DNA from: an uncultured Lentimicrobiaceae bacterium
GTDB lineage: Bacteria > Bacteroidota > Bacteroidia > Bacteroidales > F082
Direction: 5' to 3'
Length of the DNA stretch: 64,000 nucleotides
Assembly (NCBI GenBank): GCA_964509065.1
Contig: CAZDWA010000002.1
Coordinates: 19,049-83,048 of the forward strand
Shown: one piece after another, positions 60,848 to 64,000 of the stretch
Layout of the letters: the number at the start of each line of letters is the position of its first letter
How positions within the stretch are numbered: position 1 is the first letter of the stretch
The notes under the pieces: model-generated
Databases searched by the model: none
What the model was told of the DNA's origin: nothing
Seen by the model: the letters and a program-made list of their open reading frames with translations, nothing else
Translations under genes and position numbers: made by a program

Positions 60848-62155
60848 TTATCCGTTGATATAAAGATTTTCGGCCCAGTTGAGGCGGTCTTGTGGTGAAA
60901 ACTGCCAAGGCGCACCATTGTTTTCAATATTTGAGAATACCGTATTCAATCCTGCCGGAGCAGCCGATTTTTCCAGCACCAAATAACGGCGCATATCCAT
61001 AATTAATGAAGGCTGATGGATATTCACCGGGCACTCTTGAGCACAGGCATTACACATGGTGCATGCCCAAAGCTCTTCTTCGGTAATATAATCGCCTAAT
61101 AAGGCTTTTCCATCTGTATATGCAGCTCCTTCTTTGTGAAGCCCGGGACCTTTTTCCTTCATTCGGGCTCGAAGGTCCATCATAATCTTACGTGGAGAAA
61201 GCAGTTTGCCGGTAATATTTGCAGGGCAAACAGAGGTACAACGACCACATTCTGTACAAGCCAAGGCATTCATATAATTCACCCAGCTAGTATCATCCGC
61301 ATCGGAAACACCAAACTTTTCTGGCACCGCATCAGAAGGCTCGAATGCAGCTTGTGGATCAAGCATCAGCTTCACTTCATTGGTGATACTTTCCATATTT
61401 TCTACATATCCCAACGGGCTGATACGGCTTACAAACACATTCGGTATCGACATAAAGACGTGGAAGTGCTTGGAGTAAGGCAATATATTGGCAAAAATAA
61501 ATATCAATACAATATGTGCCCACCAATAAAAGCCGTGCCAAAATGCAATTGTTCCGGGATTGCTGCTTCCTATCATACTTGCCAGCCAGGCACTCACGGG
61601 ATACACCCCTTTCAGCAGGCCGCCATTGAGCCGCACCCCCGCCACATAATACACATTCATCCCGATGAGGCTTATCATTAAAAGCAATATCATGCTTAAG
61701 GCAAGATTGGCGTCTGCCTTCGACACCGGCTTCATCTCCGTACCATAAAAACGTTGCACATGCATAAATACACGCCGAATAAGGAATACAACGATGGCAA
61801 TGAGCACGATAGCGCCAAATAGGTCGCCTACACCAATAAGGAAGCTATAAAGCGGTCCCAGCACCGCCAACACACGCTCTGTACCAAACAAACCGTCAAT
61901 GACCATTTCGATGCTGCCAAAAAGTATGACCACAAAGCCCCAAAAGACGAGCGCATGCAAAATACCGCTAATAGGGAAACGGAAAATCTTTGACTGCGCA
62001 AAAGCCACTTTAAGCGTAACCCTAATACGTTCAGGGATATTGGTTAAAGGCTGCTTTTTGGTAAATTTAAAATTATAAAAAATACGGCGCATGGTATACC
62101 CAAAAACTAGAAGGGTAATAAGTAAAACCAGCGCAAAAATGATTTGCTCTATCAT
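60848..62155 (-). CDS. membrane-bound (Fe-S)-binding protein: NarI/DsrM-like TM domain fused to a 2x[4Fe-4S] ferredoxin domain
   Basis: 435-aa ORF with about 5-6 N-terminal TM helices. The two cluster motifs are CTECGRCTSVCP and CTMCNACAQECP. Confidence 0.75.
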   Translation of the reverse strand: MIEQIIFALVLLITLLVFGYTMRRIFYNFKFTKKQPLTNIPERIRVTLKVAFAQSKIFRFPISGILHALVFWGFVVILFGSIEMVIDGLFGTERVLAVLGPLYSFLIGVGDLFGAIVLIAIVVFLIRRVFMHVQRFYGTEMKPVSKADANLALSMILLLMISLIGMNVYYVAGVRLNGGLLKGVYPVSAWLASMIGSSNPGTIAFWHGFYWWAHIVLIFIFANILPYSKHFHVFMSIPNVFVSRISPLGYVENMESITNEVKLMLDPQAAFEPSDAVPEKFGVSDADDTSWVNYMNALACTECGRCTSVCPANITGKLLSPRKIMMDLRARMKEKGPGLHKEGAAYTDGKALLGDYITEEELWACTMCNACAQECPVNIHQPSLIMDMRRYLVLEKSAAPAGLNTVFSNIENNGAPWQFSPQDRLNWAENLYING

Positions 62156-62409
62156 AATATTTTGGTTTTAGAGTCCTCTTACTGCAATATTACAGATTTT
62201 TTGATTTTAAACATCTACTTTTTATCCCCTAAAAAGATTTACTTATATAAAAGTCGAGTATTTTTAAGTATAATATACTGATTATTAGCCGATAACATCC
62301 CTATTTGATTCCTTTCCAAATTAGATAATCTTCAAGCCGAGACCTTACTTCACCACAGATAATCAAGTATTACCTACTTTTGCCATCATTTAATTAAAAA
62401 TTACATCAT

Positions 62410-62733
62410 ATGAACTGGCTTATACTGATTATTGCAGGTCTTTTTGAAACCGGTTTTGCAGCTTGCTTGGGCAAAGCCCATCAAACAAAAGGCGCTGAAT
62501 CAATGTGGTGGTTTATAGGCTTTTTAGTTTCTTTGACAATCAGCATGGTATTGCTGTACAAAGCCACGGAAAGCTTACCCATAGGGACTGCTTACGCCGT
62601 ATGGACCGGCATTGGCGCAGTAGGGACTGTGTTATTCGGGATTTTCTTCTTAAATGAACCCACCGACCTGTGGCGGATGTTTTTTATCAGCACCTTGATA
62701 TTTTCAATAATCGGCCTGAAAATGGTTTCATGA
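62410..62733 (+). CDS. sugE: SMR family small multidrug/guanidinium exporter (SugE/Gdx-like)
   Basis: 107-aa ORF with 4 TM segments. The N-terminus MNWLILIIAGLFETGFAACLG contains the essential membrane Glu. Confidence 0.85.
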   Translation: MNWLILIIAGLFETGFAACLGKAHQTKGAESMWWFIGFLVSLTISMVLLYKATESLPIGTAYAVWTGIGAVGTVLFGIFFLNEPTDLWRMFFISTLIFSIIGLKMVS

Positions 62734-62788
62734 GGTGAAAAGGGAGACTTCATTTCAAAACCGTATCTTCGCATTTTAAATTGTTCCC

Positions 62789-63553
62789 ATGAAAATCATC
62801 AGTTACAACGTAAATGGTATTCGTGCCGCCATCAATAAGGGCTTTTTGGATTGGCTTTCCGATGAAAAGCCGGATGTGATTTGTTTGCAGGAAATTAAAG
62901 CCATGCATGAACAAATTCCGCTATTAGATTTTGAAGCTTTGGGTTATCATCATTATTGGTATCCGGCCGAGAAAAAAGGATATAGCGGTGTTGCCATCTT
63001 ATCATTACAAGAGCCCGATCATGTGCAAATCGGCATGGGCTTGCCCGATTACGACCGTGAAGGGCGTTTTGTAAGAGCCGATTTTGGTGCGTTATCGGTG
63101 GTGTCCGTGTATCATCCTTCGGGGAGCAGTGGCGATGCGCGACAAGCATTTAAGATGAAGTGGCTGAGTGATTTCGAAAATTATGTGGCACAGCTACGAA
63201 AAGAACGTCCCCAACTGGTGTTGTCGGGCGATTACAATATTTGTCATGAAGCAATTGACATTCACGATCCGGTACGCAACTCAAAGGTGTCCGGCTTTTT
63301 ACCCGAAGAGCGAGAATGGATGACACAGTTTCTCGATCAAGGCTTTATCGACAGCTTCCGGCATTTGCAAAAAGAGCCGCACAACTACAGCTGGTGGAGT
63401 TACAGAGCAAATGCACGAGCAAACAACAAAGGCTGGAGAATTGATTATAATATGCTGACTGACAATTTATTACCCAGATTAAAAAATGCAGGCATCATGC
63501 CGGAGGTTGTCCACTCGGACCATTGTCCGGTTTGGGTTGAGTTGGAGGACTAA
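62789..63553 (+). CDS. xth: exodeoxyribonuclease III
   Basis: 254-aa ORF. Motifs are MKIISYNVNGIRA, CLQEIK and the C-terminal SDHCPV. Confidence 0.9.
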   Translation: MKIISYNVNGIRAAINKGFLDWLSDEKPDVICLQEIKAMHEQIPLLDFEALGYHHYWYPAEKKGYSGVAILSLQEPDHVQIGMGLPDYDREGRFVRADFGALSVVSVYHPSGSSGDARQAFKMKWLSDFENYVAQLRKERPQLVLSGDYNICHEAIDIHDPVRNSKVSGFLPEEREWMTQFLDQGFIDSFRHLQKEPHNYSWWSYRANARANNKGWRIDYNMLTDNLLPRLKNAGIMPEVVHSDHCPVWVELED

Positions 63554-63927
63554 TATTTCTCAAGTACAACCAGTGCACTTGCCATTTCTTTCACATGCGA
63601 AATACTCAGGTGAATATGTCGTATCCCGTGCTGCGCAATAAATTCACTTACTTTACCATGTGTGATGATGGTTGGTTTACCTAATTCATCATTCACCACT
63701 TCAATCTCATGAAATGCCATCCCGTAGCGATAGCCGGTTCCTAAAGCTTTGAAAAAGGCTTCTTTGGCAGCAAAACGTGCTGCATAATGCTGGTAAATGG
63801 TGCTGCGCTCATCGGAATAAGCTTGTTCACGTGAAGTAAATAATTTATCACGCAACTCTTGGCTTTGCGATAAACGTTGCTCCATACGAGCTACCTCAAT
63901 AATATCGGTACCAATACCAAAAATCAT
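63550..63927 (-). CDS. acpS: holo-[acyl-carrier-protein] synthase
   Basis: 125-aa ORF. Motifs are GIGTDIIEV, FAAKEAFFKALG and SISH. Confidence 0.9.
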   Translation of the reverse strand: MIFGIGTDIIEVARMEQRLSQSQELRDKLFTSREQAYSDERSTIYQHYAARFAAKEAFFKALGTGYRYGMAFHEIEVVNDELGKPTIITHGKVSEFIAQHGIRHIHLSISHVKEMASALVVLEKY

Positions 63928-64000
63928 GTTTTAAAATTTAATGCAAATGTAGGCATTTCCCGGGGATGGCATAAAAAAATACGGCAGCACTTTCATAAAA

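Noticed and set aside
62160-62409. Possible guanidine riboswitch (ykkC or mini-ykkC types) upstream of the SugE/Gdx-like exporter.
   Set aside because: I found no conserved ACGR-loop hairpin pair and no GGGA/ACGG-type ykkC core in the 250-nt leader. A covariance-model search (Rfam RF00442, RF01068, RF01763) would be decisive.
63550-63553. The xth and acpS stop codons overlap on opposite strands (CTAA).
   Set aside because: This is real, but it is a trivial consequence of compact convergent genes and has no evident regulatory meaning.

Overview
This 64 kb window looks like a chromosomal segment of a Bacteroidota genome. The evidence is two type-IX secretion (T9SS) sorting domains, a DUF3098 gene between ftsX and uppP, a TAnnTTTG-type promoter motif and a glycoside hydrolase cluster.

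The content is mostly ordinary:
- **Glycan trimming (1-15.1 kb):** GH92, a ROK kinase, GH20, GH29 with a PA14 domain, and a C69 dipeptidase.
- **Sulfide-handling-like group (3.3-6.4 kb):** an SQR-like flavoprotein, a DUF302 protein and a Crp/Fnr regulator.
- **Housekeeping genes:** ribF, asd, ftsX, uppP, truB, queA, mreBCD, purH, recJ, xth, acpS and sugE.

Three things stand out:
1. **An uncharacterised three-gene operon (22081-31609).** It encodes a porin-like outer-membrane barrel, a 2057-aa secreted giant protein with no T9SS sorting domain, and a protein made of Fn3-like modules. I cannot assign any of the three to a known system. It lies next to what looks like a decayed mobile-element remnant: a tail-less SSB, a chloramphenicol acetyltransferase relic and an orphan HTH antitoxin-like gene with arrayed operator-like repeats.
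2. **A family of about 227 bp MITE-like elements.** There are three full and two partial copies between 38.9 and 59.5 kb. They have terminal inverted repeats and 4-bp target-site duplications. One copy rewrites the C-terminus of a gene.
3. **Two apparent frameshifts.** One separates the signal peptide of an S41 peptidase from its body; the other splits a small beta-barrel gene.

I saw no rRNA, tRNA or CRISPR array. All family assignments come from motifs I recognise by eye, not from searches. Hand-derived coordinates may be off by 1-2 nt.
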